Assembly (NCBI GenBank): GCA_001774685.1
Contig: MFAS01000001.1
Location: 9,268 to 73,267, forward strand
Source of the DNA: Candidatus Collierbacteria bacterium RIFOXYD2_FULL_45_13
GTDB taxonomy: Bacteria; Patescibacteriota; Microgenomatia; UBA1400; MFAQ01
DNA length: 64,000 bases
Direction of reading: 5' to 3'
The stretch's first letter is position 1. Each line of letters begins with the position of its first letter. The notes under the pieces are model-generated. The model had not been told where the DNA came from and searched no databases. It was given only the letters and a program-made list of their open reading frames with translations. Below, piece after piece: positions 11,216-18,926 of the stretch. The position numbers were made by a program, and so were the translations under genes.

Positions 11216-11950
11216 ATGTCACGACCACCATTTTTAGTCACTGCCCGCAATGGGCGCTCTCACTTTTTTGTTGGACCGTTCCTCCCTCGAGCCATGGCCA
11301 TCGCTGCCCAAGAGGCATACGCCAAGGTGATCATCCGTCTTGCCGGTGGTATGAACAATGGCGATGCCATCTTCCCCTTCTTCGACAACGCCCTAGTTAA
11401 CGTATCCGGCTCGATCCTTATGAGCGGAGGTACCCGGTGCTTTGACGAAAAAGGTGCCATTCAAGCTTCCGTTGTCGAAGTCGCCGCTAAGATCGGCTCC
11501 CGTTACAACAACATCTCGATGGGCAGCTTCCCCCGTACCGCACGTTTCGGTTTCGTCGACGATGGACGTTTCATGGTCGGGGATGGTGAAAACGTAACTG
11601 TCAACATGGGAACCGACTTTGTCTGCGCTATCCAACCCGGACCGGAAGACAATCAAGTCTTGGGCTGGGATGGTGACCTCGAAGCCTATCTCTCCTTCAT
11701 GGATGGTTTACGTCGTGAGAATGGCTTTTTGGCCGGTGTCATCGTTTGGAATGGGGGCCGGGTAACCATTCAAGAAGCCATCAAAGCCCGTGATCGTGGC
11801 TTCCACGTATACGTAGTCTCTGGTTCCGGACGCGCAGCCGACTCTGAGCTGGCTCCAGCTAATTTTTCAGGATCAAATATCTTTCATGTACCCATGAACA
11901 ATCCCCGTACCCTGGCCGACCTACTTTCAGAACACCACTTCACTCTCTAA
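11216..11950 (+). CDS. LOG-like Rossmann-fold protein, copy B, a tandem paralog of the preceding gene
   Basis: Motifs RLAGGMNNGDA and VWNGGRVTIQEA are colinear with copy A. An AGGAGG RBS is present. It starts 1 nt after the copy A stop. Confidence 0.5.
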   Translation: MSRPPFLVTARNGRSHFFVGPFLPRAMAIAAQEAYAKVIIRLAGGMNNGDAIFPFFDNALVNVSGSILMSGGTRCFDEKGAIQASVVEVAAKIGSRYNNISMGSFPRTARFGFVDDGRFMVGDGENVTVNMGTDFVCAIQPGPEDNQVLGWDGDLEAYLSFMDGLRRENGFLAGVIVWNGGRVTIQEAIKARDRGFHVYVVSGSGRAADSELAPANFSGSNIFHVPMNNPRTLADLLSEHHFTL

Positions 11951-11959
11951 CAACATTCC

Positions 11960-11985
11960 AGACCCTCTCACGAGGGTCTTTTTAT
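11960..11985 (+). terminator. Rho-independent terminator
   Basis: Sequence AGACCCTCtcacgAGGGTCTtttta after the LOG-like pair. Confidence 0.6.
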
Positions 11986-12017
11986 TGCCAAATTATTAAG
12001 TAATGTTATATTTAATT

Positions 12018-12191
12018 ATGCCCAAAAAAGCTGCCCGCAAAAAAACCGTTACCAAGAGCACCAAGGTTACGAGACGCGTCAAAGCCGTCAAATCCTTCAC
12101 TTTGTCCGATAAACAAGACAGTTACCTTCCCCTGCTACTTGTAATCCTCTTTGCTTCGGTAATCTTCCTTCTTATCGCTCTGACTTTCTAG
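12018..12191 (+). CDS. Small protein with a basic N-terminus and one C-terminal TM helix
   Basis: MPKKAARKK...LLLVILFASVIFLLIALTF. There is no clear RBS. Confidence 0.3.
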   Translation: MPKKAARKKTVTKSTKVTRRVKAVKSFTLSDKQDSYLPLLLVILFASVIFLLIALTF

Positions 12192-12240
12192 CCAACCTCC
12201 GCCAACTAACAATAAACCCAGGCTTTCACCTGGGTTAAAA

Positions 12241-12555
12241 CTATCCCAATCTAAGGGATCTTCTTGTCTTCATAAATTCGATTGCTTCCTTGAAGCCCAA
12301 GACCTTCCCTCTTGAAAATTCGATTTCATTTTCCGGGACGGAACTTTGACGAATCAACACGCCGTCGATCTTCATTGGAAACCTGGCAGGGTTGTCAGTG
12401 ACCAGACCCCCCATGAGGAAAAGGAAATGGTCGATATCGGTATTAACCAAACGTATCAGGCAGTTTCCATTACCTGCCTCTATGATCAGAACTTCAAAAT
12501 AGTACCCCGCGTGGGGGTTTGCAGGCACAAATCGTACCTGATTGCTTTCGTCCAT
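12241..12555 (-). CDS. Hypothetical protein (104 aa)
   Basis: An AAGGAG RBS lies 8 nt upstream of the ATG. No family was recognised. Confidence 0.5.
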   Translation of the reverse strand: MDESNQVRFVPANPHAGYYFEVLIIEAGNGNCLIRLVNTDIDHFLFLMGGLVTDNPARFPMKIDGVLIRQSSVPENEIEFSRGKVLGFKEAIEFMKTRRSLRLG

Positions 12556-12676
12556 TTTAACTCCTTAATGTACTAGATTTTAGGTTGGGTAATTCTACAC
12601 CCAAAAGCCCCATAATACAACTAATAGCCTCAATTTTGGGCAAAAAATCGCCCCACCATCTGGCGGGGCATCATTA

Positions 12677-12901
12677 TTAGTCTTCGGCTTCATTTTCGAC
12701 GATTAATGCTTCATCGGCTCCATGCCGCGCATCACGGCGCTGAGCGAACAACACCTTGTCTTCCCTATCATCCCACTCACGGAAACGATCCGAGTTCCCG
12801 CGTGACGCGTGATCTTGACGACGTCCGCGCCCTGTCTGCATGAACTTCGCACGGTTATTCTCTTTTTCTTTCAGCGGATCCAAAGTTCCTCCATTGAGCA
12901 A
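12677..12901 (-). other. GC-rich segment with a TTG-start 74-codon ORF (highly charged, Arg/Asp-rich) followed by an intrinsic terminator. It may be a small protein or a structured RNA.
   Basis: Local GC is far above the flanks. The minus-strand terminator GCCCCgccagatggtGGGGCgatttttt lies at about 12636-12665. Confidence 0.25.
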
Positions 12902-12993
12902 AAATATTTGGATTCAAAGCAAAAAGGAAAGGTCTGCGGTTGTAATTTCAAACCTACAGCCGTATTCTATCCCCATAGTAATCTATTTGCAAC

Positions 12994-14199
12994 CTATTCA
13001 ATCACTCCGCCACCCAAGCATTCTCCTTCGTGGGAGTAGAAGACTGCACTTTGGCCTGGCGCGATTCCTCGAACAGGCTTATCCAATATTACGAGCAAGC
13101 CTCTCTCAATCTCCATCCCCCTAGCACCTATCAACTCCCCTCCATGTCGTATTCTCACGAGCAGATCATTCAGGTTCCATTTTGTGTTCGATACCCTGTT
13201 CACGCTTCCCACTTCAAGCTGATCCCCCATTGCCCCAATCGCCTCCGCCACCACCAGCTCATTCCTCTTGGCGTCTTTCGCTATTACATAAAAAATCGGT
13301 GTCACATCTCCCATTTCGGTTTTTATAGTTTTGAGTTTTTGAGTTTTTGAGTTTTGTAGCCACCCTCCCCTTTGACCTATTGTATAAAACCATACTCCAT
13401 CGTGAGCACCCACCTCGAGGCCTTCAGTATCCAGCACCTTACCGAGAACCACTTTTAGCCTTCTGGCCAAAAACTCTCGCACCTCTACGTTGCCTACAAA
13501 ACAAATCCCTTGACTGTCCTTCCTGTCCGCCACCGAAAGCTTTGCCTCTTTGGCCAGCACTCTAACTTCATTTTTCGTCAAATCTCCCAAAGGGAAAAAT
13601 ACGTGGCTTAATTCCTTTTGCGTCAGCTTCCACAAAAAATAAGTCTGGTCTTTATGCTTATCCTTTGGAATAAAAAGCGAAACCAAATCCGGTACAGAAG
13701 CGGACTCTTTACTCAAAGTTTTCGAGTTTTCGGGTTTTCGAGTTTTTTTCAATTTCGCGTAATGTCCTGTCGCAATATAGTCAAACCCGTTCTCTATCGC
13801 CCAATCCAAAAAAAGCCCAAACTTTATTTCACTATTACAGAGCACGTCCGGATTTGGCGTCCTACCAGCTTCATATTCTTCATAAAAATACTTGATTACT
13901 CTCTGGTTATATTCCTCTGAAAAATCCAACACCTTAAATGGAACCTCCAGTTCCAAAGCGGTTTTAAGTGCCATTTGTCTATCCTCATCCGCCCGACAGC
14001 CGTTTTTCTTGAACCATTCTTCTCGAGTTTTTTCATCCACCCGTCTGCCGGCAGGTAGATCTTTCTCTATCTCACTTTTAGGAGGCCAGCAATAGAGATG
14101 AACTCCGACCACGTCATAGCCTGCCTTTTTCAAAAGCATGGCGCTCACCGCGCTATCAACACCTCCAGAAATCCCAACGGCTACTTTTTTGCGATTCAC
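12994..14199 (-). CDS. mnmA: tRNA-specific 2-thiouridylase MnmA, with two repeat-encoded insertions
   Basis: VAVGISGGVDSAVSA PP-loop and DQTYFLW motif. It is 401 aa, against about 365 aa for typical MnmA. The extra loops are encoded at 13329-13356 and 13717-13750. Confidence 0.9.
   Translation of the reverse strand: MNRKKVAVGISGGVDSAVSAMLLKKAGYDVVGVHLYCWPPKSEIEKDLPAGRRVDEKTREEWFKKNGCRADEDRQMALKTALELEVPFKVLDFSEEYNQRVIKYFYEEYEAGRTPNPDVLCNSEIKFGLFLDWAIENGFDYIATGHYAKLKKTRKPENSKTLSKESASVPDLVSLFIPKDKHKDQTYFLWKLTQKELSHVFFPLGDLTKNEVRVLAKEAKLSVADRKDSQGICFVGNVEVREFLARRLKVVLGKVLDTEGLEVGAHDGVWFYTIGQRGGWLQNSKTQKLKTIKTEMGDVTPIFYVIAKDAKRNELVVAEAIGAMGDQLEVGSVNRVSNTKWNLNDLLVRIRHGGELIGARGMEIERGLLVILDKPVRGIAPGQSAVFYSHEGECLGGGVIE
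13329..13356. repeat. Representative locus of a tandem 8-nt repeat family (TTTTGAGT x3)
   Basis: Other loci are 4855-4888, 5105-5140, 13717-13750, 15582-15609 and 24055-24088. Confidence 0.8.
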
Positions 14200-14441
14200 A
14201 GCCTATATTTTACCTTATCTTTATCTGTTTTACCCAAGTCAACAAATAATATTAGGCTCTCTGCTTCTTCGTCGCTTCTTTTATTCGAAACTCACTCTGC
14301 CCCTGCTTTTTGTCTTTCAATACCTCACTTTTTCTCTCGACACCTTTTTTCAACAGCTCTTCCTTGCTCTCACCAAACTGATTATGAAAACTTGGACTGT
14401 ATACCGTACTCTTCTGCCTCATGAAAAAATTGTAGCATATA

Positions 14442-14630
14442 TTACCCTCTTTTTTCTCCTCCTCCCCCTACAACATCCAGCTTAGGAGCCTCTTTACCCG
14501 TTATCCCCCTCTCTTTTTCCTCTGACCTCCTAAGGGCTTCCTGAACACGTCTTTCTATATCAGCCATCTTCGCTTCTAACTCAGCCGCCTCTTTTTCTTT
14601 TTGTAGTTTGATACGGTCGGTTAAATTCAT
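14442..14630 (-). CDS. Small coiled-coil protein (about 63 aa), hypothetical
   Basis: MNLTDRIKLQKEKEAAELEAKMADIERR... The ORF sits between mnmA and the ATP-grasp gene. Support is weak. Confidence 0.25.
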   Translation of the reverse strand: MNLTDRIKLQKEKEAAELEAKMADIERRVQEALRRSEEKERGITGKEAPKLDVVGGGGEKRG

Positions 14631-14655
14631 GAATAATATTATAACCCGGCTACTT

Positions 14656-15579
14656 TTATATGCTAACCATCCTACCCGCCACATTTATTTCAGGGAAAGC
14701 CTTCTCAAACCACTTAAACTGGGCCGTTCGGTTTACTTCCAATATTCTCCATTGCTTGCTGTCCTCATCCCAGGCCACATCCAAACCGGCAAAGTTTGCC
14801 TTCAAAACCTTCACCGCCTCGACGCTCAATTTCTCCAGCTCAGCCATTTGTTCCTTGGTAAACTTTGGTTTAATTTTAGACAGTTCCTCTTGTTGCGCCA
14901 GCACCTGGAACTTATCTTTTTGTCTATGTTTCATCATACCTAAAACTTCACCATTCAAAACCAGCACACGGTACCATCGTCTGATTTTCAGAACCGGCTG
15001 AATCAAAACGTCTCCCTCACTATATTTCAGAGCTAGCTTATTAAGTCGTACGATCGTCTCAGCCAGTTTTACATTCTTACCGTGAGATCCAAAGCGGGCC
15101 TTTACCATCACCGGAACGAACTCACTTTTTCTCTTTTCCAAAATCTCCGAATATCTCTTCCAACCTCGCTGTCCTCTAAAGGATACAAAGGGAATCACCG
15201 GCAACCCAGCCTCGGCAAGCAGCAATCCTTGTTCGAGTTTACCCATCAAGGGAAAAAACTTAAAACTTTCCCCATTAATAACTTTGATTTCTCTTTCTGC
15301 CGACCTCGTCTGCTCTAGGTATTCCAATATCACCGACTTCACCCCCAGCATCGATTCACCACCCCGTTTGGTAGCCGCTCTGGGGATAATCAGGTCGTAT
15401 TCGTCAAGTTTTCTTCCTGTTCCCAAATCCACTATTGGTCTACCCATTTTGCTCACACCAATCCGGACATGCTCATAATTTACCTTATCCACGCCATACC
15501 CAAGCTTCACGGCCTCCTCCGCCAACCGCCTTGGCTCATACTCACCCCTAAATCTGGTTAGTATTAATATCTTTTTCAT
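14656..15579 (-). CDS. RimK-like ATP-grasp ligase (alpha-L-glutamate ligase family), paralog 1
   Basis: RimK-type N-terminus plus an ATP-grasp core (PVMVKARFGSHGKNV). Its start overlaps the stop of the upstream ATP-grasp gene. Confidence 0.7.
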   Translation of the reverse strand: MKKILILTRFRGEYEPRRLAEEAVKLGYGVDKVNYEHVRIGVSKMGRPIVDLGTGRKLDEYDLIIPRAATKRGGESMLGVKSVILEYLEQTRSAEREIKVINGESFKFFPLMGKLEQGLLLAEAGLPVIPFVSFRGQRGWKRYSEILEKRKSEFVPVMVKARFGSHGKNVKLAETIVRLNKLALKYSEGDVLIQPVLKIRRWYRVLVLNGEVLGMMKHRQKDKFQVLAQQEELSKIKPKFTKEQMAELEKLSVEAVKVLKANFAGLDVAWDEDSKQWRILEVNRTAQFKWFEKAFPEINVAGRMVSI

Positions 15580-16511
15580 TATTTTGATTTTTTGAGTTTT
15601 TGAGTTTTTCCGAACTTTTCAACACAATACTCCAATATTTTCCTAGCTGCATTTATTTTTGTTCTTTTTTCGAACACTTTGAACTGGGGGGCCTCATTTA
15701 CTTCGATGATATAAACTTTTCCATTTTCGGTGCTCCTCACCAAGTCAGTCCCGGCCACTTCCACCCCAAGGACTCTCGCCGCCGCCTCAGCTGTCTCCTT
15801 GACATCATCCGGCAAGTCCACACCAAGTGACCGTCCCAAGCTTTTATTCAATATCAACTTTTCTTCTTTCACTTGGCGCTTAAATCCTCCCAAACACTTA
15901 TAGCCAACCGTCATAACTCTAAAGTCTCCATCATTCTTTATATACTCTTGCACCAAGAAACCACGGAAGACTGGTACCTTTTTATTAGCCAACCTTGCCT
16001 TTTCCTTCCTTCCTTCCAGAACGTGTTTCAGTTTCTCCAAGTCTGCCAGCTCTCTTACCCAAAAAGTTCCCATCCCGTGTCTGCCACCAGCCGACAGTTT
16101 CACAATGGCCGGTAACTCCCAAGACCCCAGCTCTTTTTCCAAGTCCTTAAAGCTCTCTACATACGCCGACTTAGGATAAAGAACACCAGCATCTGCTAAT
16201 TGCCAGCTCATTACCGACTTAAATCTTCTCAATGGTCCATCAGTCATCAAGTACTCATCCACTACAGATACATTATGTTTCTTGGCGTAGAGCTGCAGCA
16301 ACTTACTCCACTCCAACTCCGATCCTACAGACCGAAAGTACCACCCATCAAAGCTCTTCATGTCCATCTCCCCAAACATAATTTTATCGCCTACCAGTTT
16401 CAGTTTTCTGTACTTTACCGGCACCAATTCAATTCCCAAAACACCTGCCTCGTCTTGAAACCTTTTCTCACTCTCGTCAAATGTCAGTCTGTGTAGATAT
16501 GCAATTTTCAT
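15579..16511 (-). CDS. RimK-like ATP-grasp ligase, paralog 2
   Basis: LPAIVKLSAGGRHGMGTFWV ... YIIEVNEAPQF ATP-grasp motifs. The C-terminus (KFGKTQKLKKSK) is encoded by the 8-nt repeat. Confidence 0.7.
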   Translation of the reverse strand: MKIAYLHRLTFDESEKRFQDEAGVLGIELVPVKYRKLKLVGDKIMFGEMDMKSFDGWYFRSVGSELEWSKLLQLYAKKHNVSVVDEYLMTDGPLRRFKSVMSWQLADAGVLYPKSAYVESFKDLEKELGSWELPAIVKLSAGGRHGMGTFWVRELADLEKLKHVLEGRKEKARLANKKVPVFRGFLVQEYIKNDGDFRVMTVGYKCLGGFKRQVKEEKLILNKSLGRSLGVDLPDDVKETAEAAARVLGVEVAGTDLVRSTENGKVYIIEVNEAPQFKVFEKRTKINAARKILEYCVEKFGKTQKLKKSK

Positions 16512-16553
16512 ATTCAGTTAATTAAATTCATTTACCAAACATCTTTGAAGGTG

Positions 16554-16636
16554 CAGAAGACTAGCCAACAACCGCACGCAGGCGGGAACCCGGTACTCCA
16601 GGGAGATCCGAGTACGGTTTTGGCGGGCTTCGAACC
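16554..16636. repeat. Copy 1 of a conserved 82-nt intergenic element (CAGAAGACTAG..CCGCACGCAGGCGGGA..CCGGTACTCcagggagatcCGAGTACGG..GGCGGGCTTCGAACC)
   Basis: Near-identical copies at 48611-48692 and 55427-55508. It contains two conserved hairpins. Confidence 0.8.
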
Positions 16637-16661
16637 AATAAGATGTTTCATAATAATATTT

Positions 16662-17966
16662 CTACTTTCTAATTTTTACCAGACCAGGATCCACCACAAA
16701 CTCTCTCAGATCCCGTCGCCCGATTAATAACTGCCTTCTCAGGTTTTTTCTGTCCGTCACACTCGCTCTGGTCTTGATTATTCTACCCTTAAGCTTGAGA
16801 GTTAGGGCAATCAGAGTTCTCTCCTCAATACCCAGGGAATTTTTTACCTTCTTTGTCCACAATACATTTTCTGGAGTCAGCAATCCTAACTCAAGCGCCA
16901 GGGAATAATCAATCGACGAGCTCCTGGCTCCGGTATCAATTTTCGCGTTTAGCTCAACCATTTTCTTCTTCCCGTTTCGTACTTTTATTTTTTCGAAGAT
17001 ACCCACCACCGGCTTCTCTTCCCCTATGAATCGGACTCTATTGGCGAACTTGCTGGCAAAAAGGGCCTTACCGATTTTGACCCCTTTTTCGGCCTCCTCC
17101 ACTTCTAGCCCCTCAACTCTCTCCAATCTTCTCCGCAAACCAGCCATGTTCGCGATCTGAATAGACAAACCAGGCTGATCATTTAGCTCCAAGACCACCG
17201 GACCTTTTTCTTCGTCAATCAGCATGTCTACGGACAGGTAGTTTAATTTAGAAATAATCTGTGTCTCTACAGCCATCTTTAATATTTTGTTCCAATAAGG
17301 AATTGTTATTCCGTTCACTTTATTATTAGAATCCGGAAAATATTTCACCGATCTGTTTTTGTACACTCCGTGAGTCGTAATTCCCGTCGCAATATCAATC
17401 CCCAACCCGATGGCTCCTTGGTGGAGATTGGCTTTACCGTTACTTTCATCCGTTGGCAGGCGCAACATAGCCATCACCGGAATGTTATTGTAGACAATCA
17501 CCCGAACGTCAGGGGCTCCACCCACCGCCAATTTTTTAAACTTTGGATGTATCTTTATTCTTTCCTCGATCATCGCTTTGTCCGGCAAATTGTTATGTGA
17601 GTACTTTCCTTCTGCGATATCCATTGAGTGCAAGATCAAATCTTCAACTTTTATCTTTTTATCGTCCACTGTCAAAAACACCCCGTTCTCCTTCGCCGCC
17701 CTTTTAACTAAGACGATTCCTTGCCCTCCAAACCCTTGAACCGGTTTAATCGCAAACCCCTCTTTCAACTTATTCCAGTTATACAGTCGGGCAGCCTTTG
17801 CGTTCCCAATAGTTCCCAATAATCCTGGATGAGCCACTCCGGCTTTTTTAAGCATCTTCTTGGTGAGTAATTTGTCATCCGCCCTACGCCGAGCACTCTT
17901 CAGATTCAGCAGCAAGTAATCAGCCGAACGGGCATTTAGACCCAATATGTCGGATAGTTTTGGCAT
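16662..17966 (-). CDS. Alpha-L-glutamate-ligase-like ATP-grasp protein fused to a C-terminal retropepsin-like (DUF785, 'ATP-dependent Zn protease') aspartyl peptidase domain
   Basis: N-terminal 330 aa have the ATP-grasp pattern (KPVQGFGGQGIVLV ... LELNDQPGL). The C-terminus carries the AKIDTGARSS D-T-G-A motif. Confidence 0.65.
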   Translation of the reverse strand: MPKLSDILGLNARSADYLLLNLKSARRRADDKLLTKKMLKKAGVAHPGLLGTIGNAKAARLYNWNKLKEGFAIKPVQGFGGQGIVLVKRAAKENGVFLTVDDKKIKVEDLILHSMDIAEGKYSHNNLPDKAMIEERIKIHPKFKKLAVGGAPDVRVIVYNNIPVMAMLRLPTDESNGKANLHQGAIGLGIDIATGITTHGVYKNRSVKYFPDSNNKVNGITIPYWNKILKMAVETQIISKLNYLSVDMLIDEEKGPVVLELNDQPGLSIQIANMAGLRRRLERVEGLEVEEAEKGVKIGKALFASKFANRVRFIGEEKPVVGIFEKIKVRNGKKKMVELNAKIDTGARSSSIDYSLALELGLLTPENVLWTKKVKNSLGIEERTLIALTLKLKGRIIKTRASVTDRKNLRRQLLIGRRDLREFVVDPGLVKIRK

Positions 17967-18832
17967 TATTTGGATAATAGCTTTCTAAATCGCCAAACCT
18001 CTGACAACCTTAATCCTTTATATTTCCCAATGAGCAGGTCCAGCACCAGAATCAAAATTGCCGATATTTCCGGCTGCAACAGGATCTGATTCTGGATCCA
18101 AGTCGAACTCATCAGCTTATAGGCAATAAATGCCAGAATTATTGTCTCCATTGTCATCCCCAGAGATGTCGAAACGCTTCTCGTAATTTGGGTTTCTATA
18201 AACGTCTCTGCTAATAGGACAAAAATCATAATCGGGAAAATACCCACGTTCATTAATCTCTCTAAACCAATCATCGGAGACATAATTAGAAGCCCCAGCA
18301 CCGCAATTGAAATTAACCAAATCAATACGGCCAATTTAGGTAAATAGGGAATCCTGGCTTTCTTTATAGCCATTCGTCCAAAAACAGCCGATGTCATCAC
18401 GAAAGATAAAAGTACCAACCCAACCATCCCTCCGGTCGACACAAAAGCAATAGATAGCAACGCCGGTACGATCATTCCAAAGCCATTAACTCCGACCACT
18501 TGTCGTGAAAATGCCACCAAAGCAGCTACCAGTGGAAAGAGGAAAAGCAAAACAAGTGTGTTTGGCGACACCCCATCAGCCACGGCTTTTCGAATCGCCA
18601 GTTTCAGCGAGTTCACGACCCACCAACCCTTCACCTGTTGAGTTTCCAATAAAGTCGTTAACCTGTCCCCGTCTGCTTTGGGAACCGTAAGATCAATTTC
18701 TTGAGTCTCTTGTTGGGCAGAACCGGTCGCCACAATTTCCCCAAAAGAAGGCTTTTGAGAGTTCACTGCCAAAATTCCGACAGGAAGGCTAAAAAAACAG
18801 AGCAATGTCAGGATTATTACCATTCTTTTCAT
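17966..18832 (-). CDS. Polytopic membrane protein: signal peptide, an extracytoplasmic domain of about 100 aa, then 7 TM helices (7TM_transglut-like)
   Basis: Hydrophobicity pattern. Its stop overlaps the start of the ATP-grasp/retropepsin gene. The topology matches the 7TM partner of RimK-associated systems. Confidence 0.5.
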   Translation of the reverse strand: MKRMVIILTLLCFFSLPVGILAVNSQKPSFGEIVATGSAQQETQEIDLTVPKADGDRLTTLLETQQVKGWWVVNSLKLAIRKAVADGVSPNTLVLLFLFPLVAALVAFSRQVVGVNGFGMIVPALLSIAFVSTGGMVGLVLLSFVMTSAVFGRMAIKKARIPYLPKLAVLIWLISIAVLGLLIMSPMIGLERLMNVGIFPIMIFVLLAETFIETQITRSVSTSLGMTMETIILAFIAYKLMSSTWIQNQILLQPEISAILILVLDLLIGKYKGLRLSEVWRFRKLLSK

Positions 18833-18926
18833 GTCACGTATTTTACCGCATATCGAGATGGCAAACCAGTCGTTTGCCCTAATAAGTTGACAAATACGTA
18901 AAATTGTTACATTCTATATCTATATT

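Noticed and set aside
12677-12901. SRP RNA (4.5S) identity for the GC-rich segment
   Set aside because: Only a loose match to the GAUGACGCGUGUGCCGGGA region was seen. The conserved GGAA/AGCAG helix-8 motifs are absent.
16554-16636. Resemblance of the 82-nt element hairpin (CCGGTACTCC..CCGAGTACGGTT) to group II intron domain V (CCGTATACTCC..GTACGTACGGTTC)
   Set aside because: No surrounding intron architecture (domains I-IV, IEP ORF) exists. Copies are only 82 nt long and sit in 100-130-nt intergenic gaps. The similarity is probably fortuitous.
16620-16640. tRNA-like T-arm sequence GGTTCGAAGCCCGCC (minus sense) in the 82-nt element
   Set aside because: No cloverleaf, acceptor stem or anticodon arm can be folded. 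It is not a tRNA or tmRNA gene.
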